DNA of 64,000 nucleotides from a virus (lineage: Duplodnaviria; Caudoviricetes): the IMG/VR virus record IMGVR_UViG_3300030095_005132, positions 1 through 64,000 of that record. One strand, given 5' to 3'. The notes beneath the pieces are model-generated. The model made no database searches. It saw only the letters and a list, made by a program, of their open reading frames with translations, and was not told the origin of the DNA. Below, piece by piece: positions 1 to 8,033 of the stretch. The translations under genes and the position numbers were made by a program. Position 1 is the stretch's first letter. The number at the start of each line of letters is the position of its first letter.

Positions 1-19
1 CAGTTTATGGGATTTTAAA

Positions 20-610
20 ATGAAATATTATGAGATATATAATAATGTAAGATTGTTTTTTTTAATGGGAATACTTTCTATATTTACACTAAGTTGTGAA
101 GATAATAGAGTAGAAGAGGTGGTATTAGAACCATCAATGGAAATGTGGGTAAATGGTGATCCAATAGATCCATTTACTTACTATGGTTCTATAACAACAT
201 TTGGACAGAAGAAACTTGGCGAGGATGGCAAGATTAAGAAGCTACTTGTATTTCACTTTCAAAGAGAAGTCGGTAGGGTATTACCTGAATTAGAACATTA
301 CGCTACTATATGGTATGACCAGGATGCCGAAGATAATGATAATTTAATAGATGAAGGTTTGTATTTAAATTATGGAGTTGAAGATACAGTTGATAGGGAT
401 AAAACTATAGATTTAGAAATTATAGGTAGTTTTGATTATACAGACTTTGGTCAAGCAGAGATAACAGAAGTTGAAGATAACAAAATATCTGGTATGGTAA
501 ATGGTCAGTTTTACAATCCATATAGAGATGAATTACAGATAGCATTATTAATTTTTGAGAACATAGAAATAGGAATGGATCCTGAGGGAACATTTTACAC
601 AGGCGAATAA
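20..610 (+). CDS. Putative lipoprotein
   Basis: Hydrophobic N-terminus ending in lipobox-like FTLSC; acidic beta-rich mature part. Confidence 0.6.
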   Translation: MKYYEIYNNVRLFFLMGILSIFTLSCEDNRVEEVVLEPSMEMWVNGDPIDPFTYYGSITTFGQKKLGEDGKIKKLLVFHFQREVGRVLPELEHYATIWYDQDAEDNDNLIDEGLYLNYGVEDTVDRDKTIDLEIIGSFDYTDFGQAEITEVEDNKISGMVNGQFYNPYRDELQIALLIFENIEIGMDPEGTFYTGE

Positions 611-613
611 TAT

Positions 614-1255
614 ATGAACGGTGATATTAAAATAGGCAAGTTGTTATGTGATGAGGATATCATTACAAAGAGACAATTAAATAAAGCTCTACAGGCTCAA
701 ATCAAAGGTGATAAAAGCACCATTGGTGAAATACTTGTAAAGATGAATTTCTGTTCCTTAGACGATATCACAGAGGTTATACTAAAGCAAGACGAGTTAA
801 AAGAACAACACAAAGAGCCAGAACCAGAACCAACACCCGAACCTGAGCCAGCTCCTAAAGTAGAACTCGTTGTTGAAGAACCGAAGAAAAAAGAACCCAT
901 AGAATTATCAGAGGACAAGGTTTTAGATACAAAATTTACATTATCTGTACAAACAATGATAGCAGCTGGAACAGGTCTGGCATCATTAATCGGTATGTGG
1001 TATACACTACAAGGAGAAATAGAAGAGGCAAAAGAATTACCAAGGATAGATATAGAATCAATTTTTGGAGATGAATATCCATCCAAACCCGATGGTCACA
1101 ACTGGCCACGGTCATATGAACAATACAAGAACCAAGTTGGTGGTCTACAAGAAGATATGGATGCTGTCTATGATATATTAGACGAGTATGAAGAAACTAT
1201 AAAAGAATTACAAAAGGACATCAAAGACCTTGAACGTAGAAAAAGGGACAAATAG
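614..1255 (+). CDS. MshEN-like (PilB/GspE N-terminal, c-di-GMP-binding type) domain membrane protein
   Basis: Two tandem 24-aa motifs KIGKLLCDEDIITKRQLNKALQAQ / TIGEILVKMNFCSLDDITEVILKQ, Pro-Glu linker, one TM helix, C-terminal coiled coil; no ATPase domain. Confidence 0.7.
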   Translation: MNGDIKIGKLLCDEDIITKRQLNKALQAQIKGDKSTIGEILVKMNFCSLDDITEVILKQDELKEQHKEPEPEPTPEPEPAPKVELVVEEPKKKEPIELSEDKVLDTKFTLSVQTMIAAGTGLASLIGMWYTLQGEIEEAKELPRIDIESIFGDEYPSKPDGHNWPRSYEQYKNQVGGLQEDMDAVYDILDEYEETIKELQKDIKDLERRKRDK

Positions 1256-1264
1256 GAGTTTATC

Positions 1265-1639
1265 ATGAGATTTATATTTACACTATTATTATTCCTGTCT
1301 GTTACATTTGGACAAGTAAATGACAAGAACTTTAAGGAAAAGATTAACGGTGGTGTGGTCGTAGCCGTCTTTACATCGGAGTGGCAAGAACAAGACTTAG
1401 ATGACAAGATACTAAAAGGAGTTGAGGGTTATCAGGATTGTGAAATAATATTTGTTGCTAGTGAGCAAGCAAAAAAGGTTGTTAAGAAATTAAGATTTAG
1501 AAACTTTCCATCGATAGCTTTATTCTTTGATGGAAGTAAAAAAGAAACTTGGAAAGCTGATATGGATGGTGAGGTTGATTGTTCTGCTAAAGACATTAAA
1601 GGCGCTATAGATGATATGTTAGCAGAGGATGTATTTTGA
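1265..1639 (+). CDS. Secreted thioredoxin-fold protein lacking CxxC
   Basis: Signal peptide; VVVAVFTSEW and RFRNFPSIALFFDG match Trx fold pattern but no Cys after W. Confidence 0.6.
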   Translation: MRFIFTLLLFLSVTFGQVNDKNFKEKINGGVVVAVFTSEWQEQDLDDKILKGVEGYQDCEIIFVASEQAKKVVKKLRFRNFPSIALFFDGSKKETWKADMDGEVDCSAKDIKGAIDDMLAEDVF

Positions 1640-1662
1640 TTGTATAAATATGATACAAGAAG

Positions 1663-1689
1663 TGTAACATTAATGTTCAGAATGTTACA
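1663..1689. promoter_or_regulatory. Perfect 9-bp inverted repeat, candidate enhancer/activator binding site
   Basis: TGTAACATT-N9-AATGTTACA, ~140-165 bp upstream of the sigma54-like promoter. Confidence 0.5.
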
Positions 1690-1723
1690 TATTTTTTTGA
1701 AAATAAATAAAATTATGTATAAG

Positions 1724-1757
1724 AAAAAGTCTTAAATATTATAAGACTTTTTTTTTA
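1724..1757 (+). terminator. Intrinsic terminator-like hairpin
   Basis: AAAAAGTCTTA-loop-TAAGACTTTTT followed by T run. Confidence 0.6.
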
Positions 1758-1825
1758 GCCCTCCTATCTTCAACAATATTAAAGTTTAAAAAATAATTTA
1801 AATTATTTTTTAAAAAACAGGTAGT

Positions 1826-1842
1826 TTGGTATAGTTTTTGTA
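1826..1842 (+). promoter_or_regulatory. Sigma54 (-24/-12)-like promoter of pilin cluster
   Basis: TTGGTATAGTTTTTGTA: GG-N10-GT, vs consensus TGGCAC-N5-TTGC. Confidence 0.55.
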
Positions 1843-1908
1843 CCTTATATAGTATAAGAACATACCATTCGGGTATGTGTTTTAATAAGTAATACAAGGA
1901 GAACTAAA

Positions 1909-2547
1909 ATGTTCAAATCCCTATTAAATAAAATAAAGAGTACTACTGGAAACTCTCTTGCAGAATTTGCAGTTACTACGGCTATGATGGCCACATTAGC
2001 AGCTACAGCCGCACCGCAATTCGGTAGTGTTGGTGAAGGAGCTAAAGAAAAGAAAACCATGAATAACATCGATAAGATTATTCAATCAGCTAACAACTTT
2101 TATAACGCTAAGTTAGATGAAGAAGGTCGTGGAAGATTTCCAGGTCAATCTAAGTATGATGCGAAAGTTGGTGGGTACGATTTACCAAGTGGTACTCAAA
2201 CTGATATTGCATTAGAAATCTTTACTGAAACAATCTTGAATAACTATGATGGGTATACAGATGATTTATCTTCTTTTGTATATGTGTTTGCACAAGCTGC
2301 AGATGACCAAGATGCAGTTCAAGGTGATTGGCATTCATTAGAATCATCAGTTGTTTATGATACTGATGGAGCAGCTGACTTCGTTAACCTATTTGCTAAT
2401 AATGGAATGTCCTCACCATATCAGGATGGAGCTTATATTTATTTAGTAATACCAGGAAGTGGTTCAGGTTCAAGTTCACAAGCACCTGCTATTATCGTAG
2501 CTGATGCTGAGAACCCAACAGAACTACATAAAACATTAGTACCTTAA
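1909..2547 (+). CDS. Type IV pilin/pseudopilin-like protein
   Basis: Basic leader, G|NSLAEFAVTTAMMATLAATAAP (E at +5, P22); SD AAGGAG. Confidence 0.8.
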   Translation: MFKSLLNKIKSTTGNSLAEFAVTTAMMATLAATAAPQFGSVGEGAKEKKTMNNIDKIIQSANNFYNAKLDEEGRGRFPGQSKYDAKVGGYDLPSGTQTDIALEIFTETILNNYDGYTDDLSSFVYVFAQAADDQDAVQGDWHSLESSVVYDTDGAADFVNLFANNGMSSPYQDGAYIYLVIPGSGSGSSSQAPAIIVADAENPTELHKTLVP

Positions 2548-2574
2548 TCAATAAAATCAAAAGGAGATATAGTC

Positions 2575-3003
2575 ATGTTTAAGAACAACAAAGGATTTAC
2601 ATTAATCGAATTAATTATGGTAACGATTATAATGGGTGTTCTAGCAGCAGTAGCTATCCCAAGATATATGAATACAGTAGTAAAGGCTGAAGAGGCCGCA
2701 GAAGATGCTGTAATCGGAGCTATCGAAGCTGGATTGAGTAACTATGCTGTAGAACAGATGATAGATAATGGTCGTAAAAGTTGGCCTACTCATCCATTTG
2801 AAGGATTGGAAGTAGTGCCTGTTGGTTACACTACAGATACAGATGATGCCGATACCGATGGTGAGTGGACATTTAACACCACGAACAATACCATTACTCA
2901 TCAAAGAAATGACAATTCACGAGTAAAGTGGGTATATGATAAGGGTGTTCAAACTGGTGATAACGCAGCAGTTGGTTCTATTAGCGCTAGGTCAAACTTA
3001 TAG
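2575..3003 (+). CDS. Type IV pilin (prepilin N-methylation motif)
   Basis: KG|FTLIELIMVTIIMGVLAAVAIPRY. Confidence 0.92.
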   Translation: MFKNNKGFTLIELIMVTIIMGVLAAVAIPRYMNTVVKAEEAAEDAVIGAIEAGLSNYAVEQMIDNGRKSWPTHPFEGLEVVPVGYTTDTDDADTDGEWTFNTTNNTITHQRNDNSRVKWVYDKGVQTGDNAAVGSISARSNL

Positions 3004-3014
3004 GGGAAGCTTCT

Positions 3015-3458
3015 ATGAAGAACTCAGCCGGGTTTACATTAGTTGAGGTAGTAGTGGCTATTGCATTGATGGGGATATTGATAGGAACCAGTGTCCCCAT
3101 TTACAATAATGTGATTACTAAAACTCAAATATCTGTTAACACATCTAATATGATAATTATAAAAGATACGTTTATGAGATATTTTAATGAAACTTACATG
3201 GACGGTAACCCGCAGCTACCAACATTACCACAAAACGCTTTATTAGATTCAACATATAATAATACAGAATTGTCAGATGGTAGAACACCAAATAATTTAT
3301 TTAATGGTGGATTACCTTTTAATTCTAATGGTAATCCTTATACTTATTATTGGGAAGCTGATACAAGCTCAAGTGGATTTATAACAAAAAAATTCTACAT
3401 AGAAGATTTAGATACGGACAGCCCTTCTTATGGAGAATTTGTAGTAGGAGAGATATGA
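3015..3458 (+). CDS. Type IV pilin-like protein
   Basis: AG|FTLVEVVVAIALMGILIGTSVPIY. Confidence 0.9.
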   Translation: MKNSAGFTLVEVVVAIALMGILIGTSVPIYNNVITKTQISVNTSNMIIIKDTFMRYFNETYMDGNPQLPTLPQNALLDSTYNNTELSDGRTPNNLFNGGLPFNSNGNPYTYYWEADTSSSGFITKKFYIEDLDTDSPSYGEFVVGEI

Positions 3459-3856
3459 TGCGAGGATACACATTAATAGAAATGCTAATAGTAATACTAT
3501 TGATAGGTATCCTCTCAACACAAGCAATACCAAGATATATGGAAAGAATAGCTTTAGAAGAATTAAAATCAGAAAAAAAATTTACATATCAGATATTTCA
3601 AGAATTGGAATTGTATGCAGAATATCAAAAGGAAAATACAGGAACAGAGAGTTGGCCAAGTAATCCATTATCTGTTTTAGGTCGTACAAGAGGTGTTATA
3701 GTTACAACTTCATTAGGAATACCTGATGAGGATAATGAGTGGCAATTTGATGGAACTAAACTATACCATAGGAGAATGAATAATGAAATTTGGTACTTTA
3801 TTTATAATGCTAGTACATTTTCATTTTCAGAAACTCCTGTTAAATTAACAAACTAA
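3455..3856 (+). CDS. Type IV pilin-like protein
   Basis: RG|YTLIEMLIVILLIGILSTQAIPRY; C-terminal WPSNP...DNEWQFD...HRRMNN resembles 2575..3003 (WPTHP...DGEWTFN...HQRNDN). Confidence 0.9.
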   Translation: MMRGYTLIEMLIVILLIGILSTQAIPRYMERIALEELKSEKKFTYQIFQELELYAEYQKENTGTESWPSNPLSVLGRTRGVIVTTSLGIPDEDNEWQFDGTKLYHRRMNNEIWYFIYNASTFSFSETPVKLTN

Positions 3857-3864
3857 GGTCGTAT

Positions 3865-4275
3865 ATGAAAAATATAGAAATTATAATATCAACATTAACT
3901 GTAATAATATTGGGATATATTTTGTATCCTAAAGAAGAGGTTAGGTTTATAGAGCCAGAGATACAAGATTACTTTGATGATTATCCAATAGAGTATTGGA
4001 AAGATACAGATAAGGGTGGTAATATAGTTTGGGTTAGATATAGAATACTACAAGACAATACTAAACTTTGGGTATTGGATAAGAATGGTGTTGTTATTCA
4101 TCAAGCACCATTTGAGTTGGATAGACACGATGATGGTAGAGATAGGATACACAAGTATAGGTGGAAATTGTATTTTACCGAATGGTCAGAAGATATAGAA
4201 CCGGGTGATTACCAAATAGTAGTTGGTAGTTTTTTAGTAAACACAACTAATTTGATAACTGAGATTACAATATGA
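3865..4275 (+). CDS. Membrane-anchored protein, possible Ig-like (FlgD-type) domain
   Basis: N-terminal TM; ...IEPGDYQIVV end motif. Confidence 0.5.
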   Translation: MKNIEIIISTLTVIILGYILYPKEEVRFIEPEIQDYFDDYPIEYWKDTDKGGNIVWVRYRILQDNTKLWVLDKNGVVIHQAPFELDRHDDGRDRIHKYRWKLYFTEWSEDIEPGDYQIVVGSFLVNTTNLITEITI

Positions 4276-4394
4276 GTTGGACTGCATTAGCTGTTATTTG
4301 TTTAGGAGCTTGTTTGGTATGGGAGCTAGATGAACAACAAATAATAAAAAAATATAAAAAGAAAAAGAGAATTGAACAACAGGAGAAAAAATGA
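4272..4394 (+). CDS. Small membrane protein (40 aa, not in ORF track)
   Basis: MSWTALAVICLGACLVWELDEQQIIKK...; ATGA overlaps with both neighbours. Confidence 0.6.
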   Translation: MSWTALAVICLGACLVWELDEQQIIKKYKKKKRIEQQEKK

Positions 4395-4750
4395 GATACT
4401 TACCTTTATTATTAATAAGTGTTATATTAGGACAAGATTCAACTGATGTTGAGTTGGATTTAGATGCTATGTGGGAAAATACCGTATGGGAAGAAATCCA
4501 AGATGTTACAGATGTTTATTATGAAGTGGAGTATGTTACAGCAGTTGCTGGTGTTCGTGGAGCAGAAGCTGAAGATGAGGCTCTAGCATTATTATATTAT
4601 AGAAAAAGCATGAAAGGATTATCCAGATTAGATTTACAAAAAGCTTTGGGTAAGCTTATTATCAAACGTGAGAAGATGTCTGATGATAGTGATACAAAAA
4701 AAATAGATGGTTATATTTTACAATTAAGAAGAAAATTAAAAAAAGTGTAA
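4391..4750 (+). CDS. Secreted hypothetical protein
   Basis: Signal peptide, SD AGGAG, TAVAGVRGAE motif. Confidence 0.6.
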   Translation: MRYLPLLLISVILGQDSTDVELDLDAMWENTVWEEIQDVTDVYYEVEYVTAVAGVRGAEAEDEALALLYYRKSMKGLSRLDLQKALGKLIIKREKMSDDSDTKKIDGYILQLRRKLKKV

Positions 4751-4756
4751 AAAAAA

Positions 4757-4790
4757 TTGTATTTGAGAATATATACATATATATATTAAT
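4757..4790 (+). promoter_or_regulatory. Class-3 promoter motif (TTGTAT...ATATATATTA)
   Basis: Same arrangement upstream of tRNA-Gly (20813-20846) and at 44371-44405; 3' part also before hsp20 (13580-13591). Confidence 0.45.
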
Positions 4791-4823
4791 GTATCAAATA
4801 CGATACAAATGTTTTTTGACAAT

Positions 4824-5240
4824 TTGAAAATTTGAAAAGTGCAGAGAGTAATTAACTCTGTATGGGATTGGTCGAATAATGAGTAGATGATGAAGCTCAT
4901 AAGACAATCTATCGAGAAGTTGTGGTGACTAACCTACCGCCTAATGTGGTGGTCATAAAAAACGGTTTCAAGACATATGACTCGAAATGTACTTTCAGAA
5001 ACTAAACGTTGATTCGTTGACCTTTTTATGGGTAAGGGTAAAACCGAAATCCCATCTTGTGGCTGAATAATTTAGTCTCAGAGAGATAAGGCAATATCAC
5101 AGACATTGTAGTCGCTCTAACGTAGAATTAACCATCTATTAGGAGAACCAGTATAACTTCTGGGTGATAGGTAAAAGGTAATAAAAATCTGAGCTGAAAG
5201 TTGTAGGTATTCAATAATCCTACATCCCCCTAATTTTCAA
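4824..5240 (+). ncRNA. Large structured ncRNA candidate (~417 nt), family unidentified
   Basis: No ORF; closing stem TTGAAAATT(4824)/AATTTTCAA(5232) and many nested helices; upstream promoter motif and downstream terminator. Confidence 0.7.
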
Positions 5241-5248
5241 TATTATAT

Positions 5249-5320
5249 AAAAAGGGTTCAACCGATTTTTAGTTTCCACTATACTTTAAACTTAAAAAAC
5301 TACAGAACCCTTTTTTTATT
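5249..5320 (+). terminator. Terminator-like long hairpin
   Basis: AAAAAGGGTTC ... GAACCCTTTTTTT. Confidence 0.55.
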
Positions 5321-5331
5321 TAAAAAAAACC

Positions 5332-5361
5332 TTGACTCGTATTGCAATTCTTTTGTATCTT
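5332..5361 (+). promoter_or_regulatory. Early sigma70-type promoter (copy 1 of 8)
   Basis: TTGACT-N18-TATCTT with conserved spacer yGTATTGCA. Confidence 0.7.
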
Positions 5362-5366
5362 CTTGT

Positions 5367-5504
5367 ATGATGAGAGAGACTTTAAGAATGATTTTGTTGA
5401 TGTTTGTTTTAATAACGGACAATGCTAGTTTCTTAAATCTTAAAAAAAATCAAAAAAAATTAAAAAAAGACTTGACTTGTATTACATTTAATGTGTATAT
5501 TTAG
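5367..5504 (+). CDS. Possible leaderless small ORF (45 aa)
   Basis: ATG 5 nt after -10 box; MMRETLRMILLMFVLITDNASF... Confidence 0.3.
   Translation: MMRETLRMILLMFVLITDNASFLNLKKNQKKLKKDLTCITFNVYI
5472..5501 (+). promoter_or_regulatory. Early sigma70-type promoter (copy 2)
   Basis: TTGACT-N18-TATATT. Confidence 0.75.
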
Positions 5505-5506
5505 GT

Positions 5507-7618
5507 ATGAAAAAAAGGGAAAATATGAAAGAAAAACTTAAAAACTTTAACCCGATGGCTCTCAGAGAGAAATACTCTGCTAGTAACATCACTAACAATT
5601 ATTCTTCCTTTTGGAGTGATAATGATGTTAGAAGAACTTCTATCTTTGATGAAGATGAGCCTGTTAAGAAGGGTGTTGATTTAGTTGCACTGGCTTCTTA
5701 TCGTAGAGCTATCAGTAACTTTGTTTCTATCGTAACTGGCAAATCTGATATAAAAGTTACCTTTAATGCGCACGGAGATAGTTATACCGATGGTAAATCA
5801 GTTGTTATATCTTCTAAATTAGATGATAAGTTATTTGATTCAACTGTTGGTTTGGCTCTTCATGAAGGTAGTCACATTAAACTTTCAGATTTTGATTTTC
5901 TAAAACAACTCAGAAATAATATTCCACAAGAATATGTTAGGAGAGCTGAAGTATTTGGTTGGAGCGAGTATGATGTAAAAGATAAAGTTAAAAACTTACT
6001 TAACTATGTTGAGGATAGACGAATTGATTATTTTGTCTTTTCAAATTCACCAGGCTACAAAGGTTATTATCATTCAATGTATGATAAGTACTTTCATTCT
6101 AAGATTATCGATAAGGCTTTAGTTACTGATGAATATACTGATAATGATTGGGATTCATACATTTTCAGAATCATTAACCTTACTAATAAAAATTCTAACT
6201 TAGACGCTCTACCAGGTCTCAGAGAAATTCACTCCCTTATTTTTAAGAATGTAAAAAATCTTAATTCTACAAAAGATGCTTTTGATGTCGCTCTTAAAAT
6301 ATTTCATATTATATTAGATAATGTAGATGTTAAACCTGCTGCTACTGATAATGAAAATAAAGATGGTCAGGAATCATCTGATGAGAAAGAATCTAATGAG
6401 AGTCAAAGTGCTAGTGATGGTGATGGTAATGGTGGTGAGGGTTCTGAGTCAATCTCTGATGAAGAATTGGATGATATGATTGAAAGTGGTCTTACAGAGG
6501 GTAATGGTAGTGGTGATAAAAAAGTTGAACTTACTCCTAATCAGAAAAAACAACTTGAAAACGCCATAAAGAAACAAAATAAGTTTATGGATGGTGATAT
6601 TCAGAAGAAGAAACTTTCTAAAAAAGATAAATCTTCAATAGATACCGTTGAAGCTGCGGGTATGAGTTATGTTGATGTTGCTGGTGCTACTGATACTTAT
6701 ACCGGTAAAAAAATTCCTACTAAAGTATTAATGGTTAAGAAATTCAACAAAGCTTTGGCTGAATCTGGCACTATCCGTATGATTCAAAATCCGGAATACA
6801 GATGGCACTCAGATGAATACAATGAAGCCATCAATAAAGGTTTAGTGATGGGAACTATCTTAGGTAAGAAACTTCAGGTGCGTGGTGAGACTCGTGAGAC
6901 TAAGTGGTCTCGTTTAGATAGTGGTCGTATTGATAAGAGATTAGTTGCTGAGCTTGGGTTTGGTAATGAGAGAGTTTTCAAAACCACTTTTGTAGAATCT
7001 TATTCAGATGCTTTTCTTCACATTTCTGTTGACGCCTCTGGTTCAATGGGTGGGGATAAGTGGACAAATACTCAGACTTCTGTTGCTGCGATAGCTAAGG
7101 CTTGTTCAATGATTCAAAATGTTGATTTGGTTATTTCTTACAGAAGTACACAGGACTCACAAAATGGTAGAGGTAAAGGAACTTACAGTCCACTAATGTT
7201 GATTGCTTATGATTCCAGAGTTGATAAGATTTCAAAGATTAAGAATCTGTTTCATCTACTTCAACCATCAGGTACCACACCAGAAGGTTTATGTTTTGAG
7301 GCTGTGATGAAGGAAATCGAAATGAGTTCTAATGATAAAGATTCTTACTTTCTAAATTTTTCTGATGGGATGCCAATGTTTCAAAATGATGATGTGAGTT
7401 ATTATCATGACACCGCTATTAATCACACCGCTAAAATGGTTAAAGACATTCGTAATCGTGGTGTTAAGGTTCTTAGTTACTTTATCGGTGGTAGATATGA
7501 TTATCGTGATGAAAAACAAACATTCACAAAAATGTATGGTAAGGGAGCTGCTTTCGTTGATGTAACTTCGGTACTGGCTGTTGCTAAAACAATGAACAAA
7601 CTATTCTTGGAGAAATAA
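5507..7618 (+). CDS. CobT-like protein: N-terminal HExxH metallopeptidase-like domain + C-terminal VWA domain
   Basis: ALHEGSH, NYVEDRRID, acidic linker, MIDAS VDASGSM, GTTP, FSDGMP; SD-led start at 5525. Confidence 0.85.
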   Translation: MKKRENMKEKLKNFNPMALREKYSASNITNNYSSFWSDNDVRRTSIFDEDEPVKKGVDLVALASYRRAISNFVSIVTGKSDIKVTFNAHGDSYTDGKSVVISSKLDDKLFDSTVGLALHEGSHIKLSDFDFLKQLRNNIPQEYVRRAEVFGWSEYDVKDKVKNLLNYVEDRRIDYFVFSNSPGYKGYYHSMYDKYFHSKIIDKALVTDEYTDNDWDSYIFRIINLTNKNSNLDALPGLREIHSLIFKNVKNLNSTKDAFDVALKIFHIILDNVDVKPAATDNENKDGQESSDEKESNESQSASDGDGNGGEGSESISDEELDDMIESGLTEGNGSGDKKVELTPNQKKQLENAIKKQNKFMDGDIQKKKLSKKDKSSIDTVEAAGMSYVDVAGATDTYTGKKIPTKVLMVKKFNKALAESGTIRMIQNPEYRWHSDEYNEAINKGLVMGTILGKKLQVRGETRETKWSRLDSGRIDKRLVAELGFGNERVFKTTFVESYSDAFLHISVDASGSMGGDKWTNTQTSVAAIAKACSMIQNVDLVISYRSTQDSQNGRGKGTYSPLMLIAYDSRVDKISKIKNLFHLLQPSGTTPEGLCFEAVMKEIEMSSNDKDSYFLNFSDGMPMFQNDDVSYYHDTAINHTAKMVKDIRNRGVKVLSYFIGGRYDYRDEKQTFTKMYGKGAAFVDVTSVLAVAKTMNKLFLEK

Positions 7619-7619
7619 A

Positions 7620-7772
7620 ATGAGTTTCAATGCTTACAGTAAAAAAACAAGAAATAAACTTGAGATAATTCTGGCAGAACACATTAAACAAATTAGAAGG
7701 TCAATGCCTTGGTCAGGTGAGAATACTCACATCGTTAAAAAAATAATGAAATTATTTAGAGAAACTACTTGA
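7620..7772 (+). CDS. Small hypothetical protein (50 aa)
   Basis: SD GGAG, MSFNAYSKKTRNKLEIILAEH... Confidence 0.5.
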   Translation: MSFNAYSKKTRNKLEIILAEHIKQIRRSMPWSGENTHIVKKIMKLFRETT

Positions 7773-7798
7773 CTTGTATTGCAATTATTTTGTATATT
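7769..7798 (+). promoter_or_regulatory. Early sigma70-type promoter (copy 3)
   Basis: TTGACT-N18-TATATT. Confidence 0.75.
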
Positions 7799-7803
7799 CA
7801 TAT

Positions 7804-7995
7804 ATGACAAACGGAGAAAAAATGAAGAAGTTAAAAAATACTAAAAAAACAAAAAAAACTGATATTGGTTATGGGGTTAAAAAAATAGCCCTTACTGATA
7901 TGAAAAAAGATAATGTGATGTTCGATGACTTGGATGGGTACTTCGGTAATCCTACTGATGAATTAGATAAATTAGTTGAAGATTTTTTAAAATAA
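7804..7995 (+). CDS. Hypothetical protein
   Basis: Start at 7804 or SD-led 7822; listed start 7774 lies inside the promoter. Confidence 0.6.
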   Translation: MTNGEKMKKLKNTKKTKKTDIGYGVKKIALTDMKKDNVMFDDLDGYFGNPTDELDKLVEDFLK

Positions 7996-7998
7996 GTC

Positions 7999-8028
7999 TT
8001 GACTCGTATTGCATTTTTTTTGTATATT
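7999..8028 (+). promoter_or_regulatory. Early sigma70-type promoter (copy 4)
   Basis: TTGACT-N18-TATATT. Confidence 0.75.
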
Positions 8029-8033
8029 AAGGT

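Noticed and set aside
4824-5240. RNase P RNA or self-splicing intron
   Set aside because: No GAGGAAAGUCC-type RNase P signature seen; flanking genes are intact and not interrupted; group I core not recognisable by eye (cmscan still needed)
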